Notes under the pieces: model-generated
What the model was told of the DNA's origin: nothing
Databases searched by the model: none
Seen by the model: the letters and a program-made list of their open reading frames with translations, nothing else
NCBI GenBank assembly: GCA_947425785.1
Contig: CANEAY010000004.1
Location: 66,960-130,959, forward strand
Reading direction: 5' to 3'
Length of the DNA stretch: 64,000 bases
Source of the DNA: an uncultured Pseudoflavonifractor sp.
GTDB lineage: Bacteria > Bacillota > Clostridia > Oscillospirales > Oscillospiraceae
Translations under genes and position numbers: made by a program
In this document: positions 19,602-27,747 of the stretch, one piece after another
Position numbering within the stretch: the first letter of the stretch is position 1
Layout: every line of letters begins with the position of its first letter

Positions 19602-20627
19602 TCACTCCTTCAACAGTAAAAGGGCCCCGGCAGGCAGGGAGACGGTCAATGTCTCCCCCTCCGCCTGCTTCCAGACCTTTTTGTCCAGGGTAATGCCGAA
19701 GGGCTCTGCCCCCCCGGCGGTCTTGAGCATCACAGTGACGGAGAAGGGATCCTCCACCACCTCCCACACCCGGCACTTTACCTGGTTCTCGCCGGGGCCC
19801 AGGACTGCGCCTCCCTGGCGAAGCCCCACCCAGTCGGGACATTCCTTGCCGGGGGGCAGTTTCAATGTCATCCCCCAGTCCGCGGCATAGGCCATCCCCT
19901 CTTCCAAAGGGATCGCCCGTGAGAGGTTCCTGCACCCGGTGAGCCGGGCGGCGGTCACCGTCTCCGGCCCCTCAAAGACCTGGTGCCGGGTGCCCAGCTG
20001 CAGGATCTGGCCCTCCCGCACCACCGCCACCTGCTGGGCCAGCCGGAACACCTCGTCCCTGTCGTGGGAGACCAGCAGGGCGGTCTTTCCCAGCCGGTGG
20101 ATGACCTGCCTTGTCTCCCGCTCCATCTGGAAGCGCAGGTGGCTGTCCAGGGCGGAGAAGGGCTCGTCCAGCAGCATCAGCCGGGGCCGCCCCACCAGGA
20201 TGCGGGCCAGGGCCGTCCGCTGCCGCTCTCCCCCGGAGAGCTGGCCGGGCCGCTTGTGGGCCAGGGCCGTCAGGCCCATGGCCGCCATCAGCTCCCCCAT
20301 CAACGGCTCGTCCCCCTTCTCCCGCAGGCCGCAGCGGATGTTCTCCGCCACCGTCATGTGGGGGAAAAGGGCGTAATCCTGGAAGAGGTAACCCACCCGT
20401 CGCCGCTGGGGCGGCAGGTCGATGCCCTGCTCCGAATCGAAAAGGGTCTCCCCATCCAGCAGGATCTTCCCCCGGTCGGGGCGGCAGATACCGGCCACGC
20501 AGCGGAGGGTCAGGCTCTTGCCGCTGCCGGAGGGCCCCAGCAGGGCCAGGGTCTCCTCCCCCACCTCAAATTTCACCTTCAGGCGGAAGTCCCCCAACGC
20601 CTTCTCAATGTCCACAAAAAGCGCCAT
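19602..20627 (-). CDS. modC: Molybdate ABC transporter ATP-binding protein
   Basis: GPSGSGKS, LPPQRRRVGYLFQDYALFPHM, LSGGERQR, C-terminal TOBE-like region. Confidence 0.9.
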   Translation of the reverse strand: MALFVDIEKALGDFRLKVKFEVGEETLALLGPSGSGKSLTLRCVAGICRPDRGKILLDGETLFDSEQGIDLPPQRRRVGYLFQDYALFPHMTVAENIRCGLREKGDEPLMGELMAAMGLTALAHKRPGQLSGGERQRTALARILVGRPRLMLLDEPFSALDSHLRFQMERETRQVIHRLGKTALLVSHDRDEVFRLAQQVAVVREGQILQLGTRHQVFEGPETVTAARLTGCRNLSRAIPLEEGMAYAADWGMTLKLPPGKECPDWVGLRQGGAVLGPGENQVKCRVWEVVEDPFSVTVMLKTAGGAEPFGITLDKKVWKQAEGETLTVSLPAGALLLLKE

Positions 20628-21289
20628 CAGGCCACCTCCCGCTTTCGCTCCAGAAGGTTCACCGCCACCAGCACCAGGGCGGAGATGGCCAGGTTTACCA
20701 GCACCCACCGCAGGGCCAGGCCGTCGTTCCCCGTGCGCCAGAGCTGATAGACGGTGGTGGAGATGGTGGCGGTGCGCCCCGGGGTGTACCCGGCCACCAT
20801 GCTGGTGGCGCCGTACTCTCCCAGAGCCCGGGCAAAGGCCAGCACCGTCCCCGCCAAAATGCCCTGGCGGCAGACCGGCAGGCGGATGCGCCAGAAAATG
20901 TAGGTGTTGCTGAGGCCCAGGGTCTGCCCCGCCTGGGCCAGAGTCTCGTCAAAGCTCTCAAAGGCCCCCCGCGCCGTGCGGTACATGAGGGGGAAGATGA
21001 CCACCACCGTGGCAAAAATAGCCGAATACCAGGTCATGGTCAGCCGCAGGCCGAAGGCGGAGAGGAACCAGCCCCCCAGCGCCCGCTTTGGCCCCAGCAC
21101 CCGCAGGAGCAGATAGCCCACCACCGTGGGGGGCAGCACCAGTGGCAGGGTAAAGAGCACGTCCAGCAGCCCCTTCACCAGCCGGGGGGCTTTGGCGATA
21201 TAGTAGGCCCCCAGCAGGCCCAGGAAAAAAACGATGCCTGTGCTGATGAGGGCGATCCGCAGGGAGTTGAGCAGAGGAAACCAGTCCAT
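20627..21289 (-). CDS. modB: Molybdate ABC transporter permease
   Basis: TLPLVLPPTVVGYLLL, FARALGEYGAT. Confidence 0.95.
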   Translation of the reverse strand: MDWFPLLNSLRIALISTGIVFFLGLLGAYYIAKAPRLVKGLLDVLFTLPLVLPPTVVGYLLLRVLGPKRALGGWFLSAFGLRLTMTWYSAIFATVVVIFPLMYRTARGAFESFDETLAQAGQTLGLSNTYIFWRIRLPVCRQGILAGTVLAFARALGEYGATSMVAGYTPGRTATISTTVYQLWRTGNDGLALRWVLVNLAISALVLVAVNLLERKREVA

Positions 21290-21293
21290 ACCT

Positions 21294-22121
21294 TTATTCG
21301 TCCTTTGTCAGGGGAGTGAAGCCCACAGCGGCAAAGACCTCCGCCGCGGCGTCCCCGGTGAGATAGTCCAGGAAGGCCCTGGCCTCCTCCTGGTGTGCGC
21401 TGTTTTTCAGCACCGCGGCGGGGTAGACCACCCTCCCGCACATCTCCCCCGCGGCGGTGTCCGCCACAGCCAGCCCCGCCGAAAAGGCGTCGGTGGCGTA
21501 GACGATGCCGCAGTCCACCGCCCCCTCGGAGACCTGGGCGGTGACCTCCTTCACGTTGGAACCGTAGGTGAGGACGCCGGCGGCGTTGAGCTCATCCTCC
21601 GCCAGGCCGTAATAGGCAAATATCTTCTGGGTATACTGTCCCACAGGCACATCGGAGTTGCCGATGGCCAGCAGCACGTTCCCATCCTTCAGCCGCCGGG
21701 CCAGGTCGGCATAGGAGGCCACCCCGGCGGGATCCCCCTCGGGCACCGCCAGGGCCACCTTGTTTTCCAGCAGGTCGATGCGGCTCTCCGCGAGGATGAA
21801 GTCCAGCCCCTGGGTGTTCACCGCCGGGTCGGCCTCAATGTCCAGCTGGTCCATCTGCTTGGGGGCGGCGGAGAGGAACAGGTCGCACTCCGCCCCCTCC
21901 ACAATTTGTGTTTTCAGCGTCCCGGAGGAGTCGAAATTAAAGGTAAGGGCCACATTGGGAGCCACCGCCTTGTAGTCCTCCCCGATCCGGGTCAACGTCT
22001 CGGTGAGGGAAGCGGCGGCAAAGACCGTCAGCTCCACCTGGTCCCGGTCGGGCGCGGCGCTCTGACCGCAGGCGGTCAGGGTCAGGAGCAGGGCGAGTGT
22101 GAGTGCAGCGGACTTTTTCAT
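21294..22121 (-). CDS. modA: Molybdate ABC transporter substrate-binding lipoprotein
   Basis: Lipobox LTAC, FAAASL, FDSSGTL, VPVGQY, GIVYATDA. Confidence 0.96.
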   Translation of the reverse strand: MKKSAALTLALLLTLTACGQSAAPDRDQVELTVFAAASLTETLTRIGEDYKAVAPNVALTFNFDSSGTLKTQIVEGAECDLFLSAAPKQMDQLDIEADPAVNTQGLDFILAESRIDLLENKVALAVPEGDPAGVASYADLARRLKDGNVLLAIGNSDVPVGQYTQKIFAYYGLAEDELNAAGVLTYGSNVKEVTAQVSEGAVDCGIVYATDAFSAGLAVADTAAGEMCGRVVYPAAVLKNSAHQEEARAFLDYLTGDAAAEVFAAVGFTPLTKDE

Positions 22122-22157
22122 GGTTTTTTCTTCCTTCGGTTTGTCTTGCCCCAGGGC

Positions 22158-22191
22158 AATAAAAAATGTCCGTCTTCTGAAAAGACGGACA
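22158..22191 (-). terminator. Leader terminator (riboswitch expression platform) upstream of modA
   Basis: On the minus strand: tgtccgtctt-ttcag-aagacggaca followed by ttttttatt. Confidence 0.85.
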
Positions 22192-22235
22192 ACAAACCGT
22201 GGTCAAAGCCTCCCGGCTTCAACTCTCCCGCTGTA

Positions 22236-22352
22236 TTCCGTCCCCTTTTCGATCAGGAAGGCCGCTTCGTTTCCAAATGCGACCCCGGGCCGGAGGCTCC
22301 GGCCGGCTCCAACCCCATGGCACAGGCTTTAGGCGAGGGAGCTCGAAGACAT
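22236..22352 (-). ncRNA. Molybdenum cofactor (Moco) riboswitch
   Basis: Minus strand GUCUUCGAGCUCC..CCUAA..CAUGG..GGAGC, P3 ggccggag/cuccggcc, GGAAAC loop, GCCUUCC..GAAAAGGGGAC matches the Moco RNA motif as I recall it; sits upstream of mod/moe/moa genes. Confidence 0.85.
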
Positions 22353-22422
22353 TGTTATTTTCGCATACAGAGAAAAAAATGTCAATCCCATTCCCCGCAG
22401 GATCGACATTTTTCCCTCTTCC

Positions 22423-22896
22423 TTATTCGTTCCAGCCCTTGCACACGTCCACCCACGCCTCATAGCCGGAATACTCCTCCAGCTCCGGGATGGTCAGCTC
22501 AATGGCGCTGTTGCTGCTGCCGCAGGCGGGGAAGACGGTCTCGAACCGCTTCAGGGACTCGTCCAGGTACACCGCCACCCCCTCGTTGATCCCGAAGGGG
22601 CACACGCCGCCCACCCCGTGGCCGATGAGAGGCTCCACCTCCTCAAAGGCGAGCATCTTGGCCTTGGTGCCGAACCTGGCCTTATATTTGGGGTTGTCCA
22701 CCTTGGCGTCCCCGGCGGCCACGATGAGGATGGGCTTGTCCCCCACCAGAAAGGAAAGGGTCTTGGCAATGCGGCAGCCCTCACAGCCCAGGGCCTGGGC
22801 CGCCAGCTCCACCGTGGCGCTGGACACCTCGAACTCCCGTACCCGGCCGGCAGCGCCGAACTTTTCCAGATAGGCCTTTGCTTTTTCTATGGACAT
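22423..22896 (-). CDS. YbaK/EbsC family aminoacyl-tRNA deacylase
   Basis: SSATVELAAQALG, IAKTLSF, IGHGVGGVCPFG, FPACGSSNSAI. Confidence 0.92.
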   Translation of the reverse strand: MSIEKAKAYLEKFGAAGRVREFEVSSATVELAAQALGCEGCRIAKTLSFLVGDKPILIVAAGDAKVDNPKYKARFGTKAKMLAFEEVEPLIGHGVGGVCPFGINEGVAVYLDESLKRFETVFPACGSSNSAIELTIPELEEYSGYEAWVDVCKGWNE

Positions 22897-23029
22897 GATA
22901 GGTCTCCCCTTTGCGCTTTTTCGGCTATCATAGCACTTTTTTCATCACAATGCAAATCTCTGCCGCCTTGCTTTTCCCCGCCCGGTGTGGTACTATTTCC
23001 AAAACGATGCGGAGAAGGAGGCGGAACAC

Positions 23030-23614
23030 ATGGTAGTGGGCGCGGCGCTACTGGCCGGGGGGGAGAGCCGCCGGATGGGCCGGGACAAGGCCCAGCTCCT
23101 CTGGGGCGGCATGACCTTCCAGGCCCGGCTGGCCCAGGAGCTGGCCGGCTTCCCGGAGCGCCTTCTGTCCACCGGCCGGCGGGAGCTGTCCCTCCCCGGC
23201 TTTGTCTCCGTCCCCGACCTGCTCCCCGACCGCGGCCCCCTGGGGGCCCTCCACGCCCTCCTCTCTGCCTGCCAGTCCCCCGCCCTTCTCCTGGTGCCCT
23301 GCGACGCCCCCCTCTTCCCCAGGGCTCTGGCCCAGCTCCTGGCCCAGTCCATCACGGAGGAGTGGGACGCTGTGGTGCCCGTCACCCGGGACGGCCGGGA
23401 GCACCCCGCCTGCGGCGTGTACCGCAGGGACGTCCTCCCCCGGCTCCAGGCCCGGCTGGAGGCCGGAGACGGCCGGATGTACGCCTTCCTGGGCGTTCTC
23501 AACACCAAGCGCCTCCTCCTGGCGGACACCCCCTTTCCCGACCGCTGTCTGGCCAATATCAATACCCCCCAGGCCTATGAGGCCCTGCTGGCGGAAGAAG
23601 GCCCCTTTTTTTGA
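23030..23614 (+). CDS. mobA: Molybdenum cofactor guanylyltransferase
   Basis: LLAGGESRRMGRDKA, GPLGALHALL, VPCDAP, NINTP; ATG after an AGGAGG RBS. Confidence 0.93.
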   Translation: MVVGAALLAGGESRRMGRDKAQLLWGGMTFQARLAQELAGFPERLLSTGRRELSLPGFVSVPDLLPDRGPLGALHALLSACQSPALLLVPCDAPLFPRALAQLLAQSITEEWDAVVPVTRDGREHPACGVYRRDVLPRLQARLEAGDGRMYAFLGVLNTKRLLLADTPFPDRCLANINTPQAYEALLAEEGPFF

Positions 23615-23622
23615 ATTCCCTC

Positions 23623-23650
23623 TTGACGAATCCATAAAATCTGGTATAAT
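23623..23650 (+). promoter_or_regulatory. Sigma-A promoter of tRNA-Ser
   Basis: TTGACG-16 bp-TATAAT with TG extension. Confidence 0.75.
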
Positions 23651-23693
23651 AACATCTGCTGTCCAACTTGGTTGGCTCCAGTATTTATGACAC

Positions 23694-23784
23694 GCAGTGG
23701 TATCGAAGTGGTCATAACGAGCACGATTGGAAATCGTGTAGCCGCTAAAACGGCTCGAGGGTTCGAATCCCTCCCACTGCGCCA
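23694..23784 (+). tRNA. tRNA-Ser(GGA)
   Basis: Acceptor GCAGTGG/CCACTGC, G73, encoded CCA; anticodon arm CACGA-TTGGAAA-TCGTG; long variable arm; GGTTCGAATCC T-arm. Confidence 0.97.
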
Positions 23785-23787
23785 AAG

Positions 23788-23823
23788 GAAAACTGGCACC
23801 CATATGGGTGCCAGTTTCTTTTT
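23788..23823 (+). terminator. tRNA-Ser terminator
   Basis: gaaaactggcaccc-atat-gggtgccagtttc followed by a T tract. Confidence 0.88.
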
Positions 23824-23912
23824 ATCACGGGATTTGAGCTCTCTCCCTCTCTTGACCCCTCCCCGGTACTTGTGATATACTGTATTTGTATTATTTTGTC
23901 TTTCGGGAAGGG

Positions 23913-24899
23913 ATGGTGGCGATGATGGGCGCTTTCAGGCGGATGCTCTCCGAAGCCCTGCTCTGCCTGGGCCTGCTCCTACTCTGCACCGCCGGGGCCT
24001 CCGCCCTGGATCTGGGCATCGGAACAGTCACCGGGGACGGTCTGCGCCTGCGGGAGGCCCCCGGCACCGACGCCCCCATCCTGGCCACCGCCGCAGCAGG
24101 TGAGCGGGTGGTGGTGCTCTCCGACGCGGGCGGCGGCTGGTACCGGGTAGACCACAACTGTGTGGAGGGCTATATGTCCGCCCAGTACATTTCCCTGGCC
24201 ACCCAACTGGACGTCTCTATGGGCTATGGCCTTGTCCAGGCCGACGGCGGCACCCTCAACATCCGCTCCGGCCCCGGCACCGGCTATGACCGCGTGGGCT
24301 CCCTGGCCGACGGAACTGTCGTCACCATCACCGGCATGGACTCCGGCTGGTTCCGCATCGACGCTAATGGCGCCGCCGGCTACGTCTCCAGCGACTACCT
24401 GACCACCTGCCGGGACAGCGCCGGGAGCCGCGGGGATACCCCCCCTGCCCAGCCGGACTCCCCTTCTGTCTCCCCTCCCGCCCAGCCGGAGCCCGCTCCC
24501 GCGCCCGCCGCCGTCCCCGTCTCCCCTCTGGGCTGGCAGGCGGCGGAGGTGTCCACCTGGTTTTTGGGCATCCCCTATGCCTGGGGCGGCAGCTCCCCCG
24601 AGGGCTTCGACTGCTCCGGCTTCACCCATTACGTATTCAGCCTCTTCGGCTATGACCTGAACCGCACCGCCACCGGCCAGCTGGACAACGGTGTGCCCGT
24701 CTCCCGGGAGGAGCTGCTCCCCGGCGACCTGGTCTTCTTCTACAATGGGCAGGTCTCCACCCCCGTGTCCCACGTGGGCATCTATATGGGGGAGGGCCGC
24801 TTCATCCACGCCTCCACCAACACCTACCAGGTGCAGTACGACAGCCTGGAGTCCAGCTATTACAGCAATACCTTTGTCTACGCCCGGCGTATCTTCTGA
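23913..24899 (+). CDS. Secreted SH3b-SH3b-NlpC/P60 (C40) cell-wall peptidase
   Basis: Signal peptide, two SH3b repeats (LRLREAPGT..., LNIRSGPGT...), Pro linker, GFDCSG/HVGIY/FIHAS triad. Start uncertain (23913-23925). Confidence 0.93.
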   Translation: MVAMMGAFRRMLSEALLCLGLLLLCTAGASALDLGIGTVTGDGLRLREAPGTDAPILATAAAGERVVVLSDAGGGWYRVDHNCVEGYMSAQYISLATQLDVSMGYGLVQADGGTLNIRSGPGTGYDRVGSLADGTVVTITGMDSGWFRIDANGAAGYVSSDYLTTCRDSAGSRGDTPPAQPDSPSVSPPAQPEPAPAPAAVPVSPLGWQAAEVSTWFLGIPYAWGGSSPEGFDCSGFTHYVFSLFGYDLNRTATGQLDNGVPVSREELLPGDLVFFYNGQVSTPVSHVGIYMGEGRFIHASTNTYQVQYDSLESSYYSNTFVYARRIF

Positions 24900-24913
24900 T
24901 GGGAGGTCTACCC

Positions 24914-26041
24914 ATGAAACCACATTCCTCCGCCGGACAGAAGGCCGCCGCCGTCGCTGTCCTGGCCCTGTCTCTGCTCTCCGCCGCCTACTGTCTTGAC
25001 CGGCCCGGTGCCCCGGCCGGCGGCCTGCCCGCCCCGGCGGGATCTTCCCGCCCCACCGCCCCCCAGGTCTCCGCCCAGCCCCAGCGTCCCACCATGGACG
25101 ACCTGGAGGATCACGGCTACTACCAGGATCCTCTGGTCTATGAGGGGCCTCTCCCCAACCGCCAGGCTCCCCGCCGGGCCTATGGGAAGACCGAGACCCG
25201 GCAATACTCCCGCACCGCCGCCGATGCGGTGGTAAAGACCATCCTGGGCTCCATCATCACCCCGGACATGGATGCCGTGGAGCAGTGCTCCGCCGTCTAT
25301 TTTTACGTAAAGGGCTGTATCACCTGCGACGGCGCCTCCGTCAACTCCGGCTGGCGGGAGGCCGCCTACTGGGGCTTCACCACCGGCAAGGGCGACGAAT
25401 ATACCTTCTACGCCTGCTCCCGGGCCCTCCTCTCCGCGCTGGGCTTCCAGGTACGGGAGGTGACGCGGGAGGGCGGCGGCCTCACCGAGCCCCATACCTG
25501 GGCCCTGGTGAATTGCAACGGCGGCTGGTACCACTTCGATCCCTGCCCCCACCTGAAGACCGACCCCCTCTTCCTGTGCTGCCTGTCCACCGACCAGCAG
25601 CTGATGAACTTTGATGCCGGGGCGGGGCGGGACTACTATGCCTTTGACGCCGACGCCTACCCGGAGCGGGTGGGTGGCCGGGCCGACGCCGCCTTCACCG
25701 TCCCCATGCCCAAGCGGGACGAGGATGGCGAGGAGCTTCCCGTTCCAACCCCCTCCCCCACCCCTACGCCCACGGACTCCACAGAACCCCAGCTCCCGGA
25801 AAGCCCCCTGCCTGCGGAAAGCAGCGTCCAGCCCAGCGGCACGCCCAGCCCCACTCCCTCGGCCGAAGCATCCCCCTCCCCCTCGGCCTCCGCGGCTCCT
25901 GCGGCCACCCCGGTTCCCACACCCGAACCCACAGCGGAGCCAACACCTCTCCCCACACCGCCGCCGGCCCCTGTCCCCACGCCGCCCCCGGTTCCCGAAA
26001 CCCCCGAAACAGAGGAGCCTCTGCTGCCCCCCGGCGCATAA
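24914..26041 (+). CDS. Secreted transglutaminase-like domain protein with Pro/Thr-rich tail
   Basis: N-terminal hydrophobic segment; AYWGFTTGKGDEYTFY, HTWALV, WYHFD; PTP/PEP-rich C-terminus; ATG after a GGAGG RBS. Confidence 0.75.
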   Translation: MKPHSSAGQKAAAVAVLALSLLSAAYCLDRPGAPAGGLPAPAGSSRPTAPQVSAQPQRPTMDDLEDHGYYQDPLVYEGPLPNRQAPRRAYGKTETRQYSRTAADAVVKTILGSIITPDMDAVEQCSAVYFYVKGCITCDGASVNSGWREAAYWGFTTGKGDEYTFYACSRALLSALGFQVREVTREGGGLTEPHTWALVNCNGGWYHFDPCPHLKTDPLFLCCLSTDQQLMNFDAGAGRDYYAFDADAYPERVGGRADAAFTVPMPKRDEDGEELPVPTPSPTPTPTDSTEPQLPESPLPAESSVQPSGTPSPTPSAEASPSPSASAAPAATPVPTPEPTAEPTPLPTPPPAPVPTPPPVPETPETEEPLLPPGA

Positions 26042-26054
26042 TGCGCCCAACAAA

Positions 26055-26104
26055 CAAAAAAAGAACGCCCGGTATCCAAGATCGGATACCGGGCGTTTTA
26101 TTTT
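26055..26104. terminator. Bidirectional terminator
   Basis: aacgcccggtatcc-aagatc-ggataccgggcgtt with A/T flanks. Confidence 0.85.
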
Positions 26105-26118
26105 CCCTGGACCTTTTC

Positions 26119-26652
26119 TCAATAATTGTCGGCCTTGATCTCAAAATAGGCTCTGGGATGGCCGCACACCGGGCAGACCTCGGGGGCCTCCAGACCATAC
26201 TCCAGATGCCCGCAGTTGCGGCAGTACCAGACCTTCACCTGGCCCCGTTTGAACACCTCGCTCTTGGCCAGGTTCTCCGCCAGCTGCACATAGCGGTCCT
26301 CGTGGCTCTTCTCGATCTTGGCCACCGCCTCAAAGGCGTCGGCCAGGGCGATGAAGCCCTCCTCCCGGGCGGTCTCCGCCATCTCCTTGTACATTTCCGT
26401 CCATTCCTCGTGTTCCCCTTCGGCGGCGGCCAAAAGGTTGGCGGCGGTGTCGCCGATGCCGCTCAGGGCCTTGAACCAGAGCTTGGCGTGCTCCTTCTCG
26501 TTGCCGGCCGTCTCCTCAAAGATGGCGGCGATCTGCTCATAGCCCTCCTTCCGGGCCTTGCTGGCAAAATAGGTGTACTTGCTGCGGGCCATGCTCTCCC
26601 CCGCAAAGGCCTTCCACAGATTGGCCTCGGTCTTGCTTCCCTTCAGTTCCAT
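26119..26652 (-). CDS. rbr: Rubrerythrin
   Basis: AFAGESMAR, NEKEHAK, EKSHE diiron ligands; C-terminal rubredoxin-like WYCRNCG...CPVCGH. Confidence 0.96.
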   Translation of the reverse strand: MELKGSKTEANLWKAFAGESMARSKYTYFASKARKEGYEQIAAIFEETAGNEKEHAKLWFKALSGIGDTAANLLAAAEGEHEEWTEMYKEMAETAREEGFIALADAFEAVAKIEKSHEDRYVQLAENLAKSEVFKRGQVKVWYCRNCGHLEYGLEAPEVCPVCGHPRAYFEIKADNY

Positions 26653-26705
26653 GTTTTCTTGCCCCTTTCATCGTTATATGGTGTGTATCCCTTTTCGAAA
26701 AGACT

Positions 26706-27104
26706 TTATTCCTCCTGACACGCCGGGCAAAGCCCGGTAAAGGTCAGGTCGTGGCCCTCCACCCGGAAACCGGGGAAGGTCTTTGCCGCCGTCTCGTCCA
26801 CCTGTTCAAAGCCGGACTGGGCCTGGTCAAAGGCCATCATGTCGAAGACCTTACTGCATTTTTTACAACGGAAGTGGGTGTGGGGCCGCACCTCGGCGTC
26901 GTACCGCTCCACCGGGAAGGGCATTCGGGTCAGTGCCCCCTCCTCCGCCAGGAGGTTCAGGTTGCGGTACACCGTCCCCAGGCTCAAATTGGGATTTTCC
27001 GGCTTGAGCCACTGGTAGACCATCTCCGCCGTGGGGTGCTCCTTGCTGCCGCACACCGCCTGATAAATGAGCTCCCTTTGCCGGGAGTATCGCTTTCCTG
27101 CCAT
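26706..27104 (-). CDS. Fur-family regulator (PerR-like)
   Basis: YSRQRELI, HPTAE, LSLGTVYRNL, HTHFRCKKC, GLCPAC; upstream of rubrerythrin; start MAGKRY after an AAGGAGG RBS. Confidence 0.92.
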   Translation of the reverse strand: MAGKRYSRQRELIYQAVCGSKEHPTAEMVYQWLKPENPNLSLGTVYRNLNLLAEEGALTRMPFPVERYDAEVRPHTHFRCKKCSKVFDMMAFDQAQSGFEQVDETAAKTFPGFRVEGHDLTFTGLCPACQEE

Positions 27105-27294
27105 GGGAGCCTCCTTTCTGCTCTCTATGATATAATTAAGAACGATTCCTGTTATTAATATACAATATCCCTTTTCAAAATGCAAGCATTTTTTGCCTTC
27201 CCTTTTTTTCCTGGGAGCAAAGGCGGACTTTCGGCGCATACTACCCTTCGGATGGAGATTCCAACGATTATGTTCTTTCAGGAGGAGAAGGGAA

Positions 27295-27585
27295 ATGAGA
27301 GGAAAGATCAGCCTGTTTGCCCTTGCTCTGGCGCTGACGGCGGCCCTGGCGGCCTGCTCCAGCGCCGACGCCCCGGCGGTGACACCCACCCCGGCCAACA
27401 ACGCCAGCCCCGCCCCCACCGCCACCTCGGCGCCGGGCGGCAGCATCGCCCGTGGTGCCCAGCAGGCCGGTGACGCCATCGGCGACCTGGCCCGGGGCGC
27501 TGTGGACGGCGCCGGCGACATGATCAACGGCGTGGGCAGCGCCGCCCGTGACATCGGCAACGGTATGCACAACGCCGTCCGGTAA
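27295..27585 (+). CDS. Small lipoprotein of unknown function
   Basis: MRGKISLFALALALTAALAAC lipobox; Pro/Ala linker; amphipathic Gly/Ala/Asp C-terminus; own terminator at 27599-27631. Confidence 0.75.
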   Translation: MRGKISLFALALALTAALAACSSADAPAVTPTPANNASPAPTATSAPGGSIARGAQQAGDAIGDLARGAVDGAGDMINGVGSAARDIGNGMHNAVR

Positions 27586-27684
27586 ACACTGGGAGCATAA
27601 AAAGCACGGCTCAAAAAGAGCCGTGCTTTTTATTATTTTTGAGGTTTTTCTATTCATTTTGTTTCCCGTTCACAAAAAAGCTGT

Positions 27685-27712
27685 ATCAGGACAACGCCCC
27701 GGGTCATAGGAT
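27685..27712 (+). promoter_or_regulatory. Putative sigma-E promoter of sigK with a SpoIIID-like site
   Basis: ATC (27685)...CATAGGAT (27705-27712) fits ATa-18-cATAnnnT; AGGACAAC at 27688-27695 resembles the SpoIIID consensus. Confidence 0.5.
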
Positions 27713-27747
27713 GAAAGGACTGTGACGATAAAAGGGAGGTCTTGTCC

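Noticed and set aside
14560-22121. Horizontally acquired Moco island integrated at tRNA-Ser
   Set aside because: Codon usage looks host-like, the cluster is on the 5' side of the tRNA, and no duplicated tRNA end or integrase was seen.
19602-22121. Tungstate (Tup/Wtp) transporter
   Set aside because: The binding protein has ModA-type motifs (AAASL, SSG, PVG) rather than the TupA TTTS motif, and the riboswitch has the P3 stem.
25720-26041. DNA tandem-repeat or contingency locus in the transglutaminase-like gene
   Set aside because: The repetition is at the protein level (Pro/Thr/Glu linker) with varied codons; no exact DNA repeat unit is evident.
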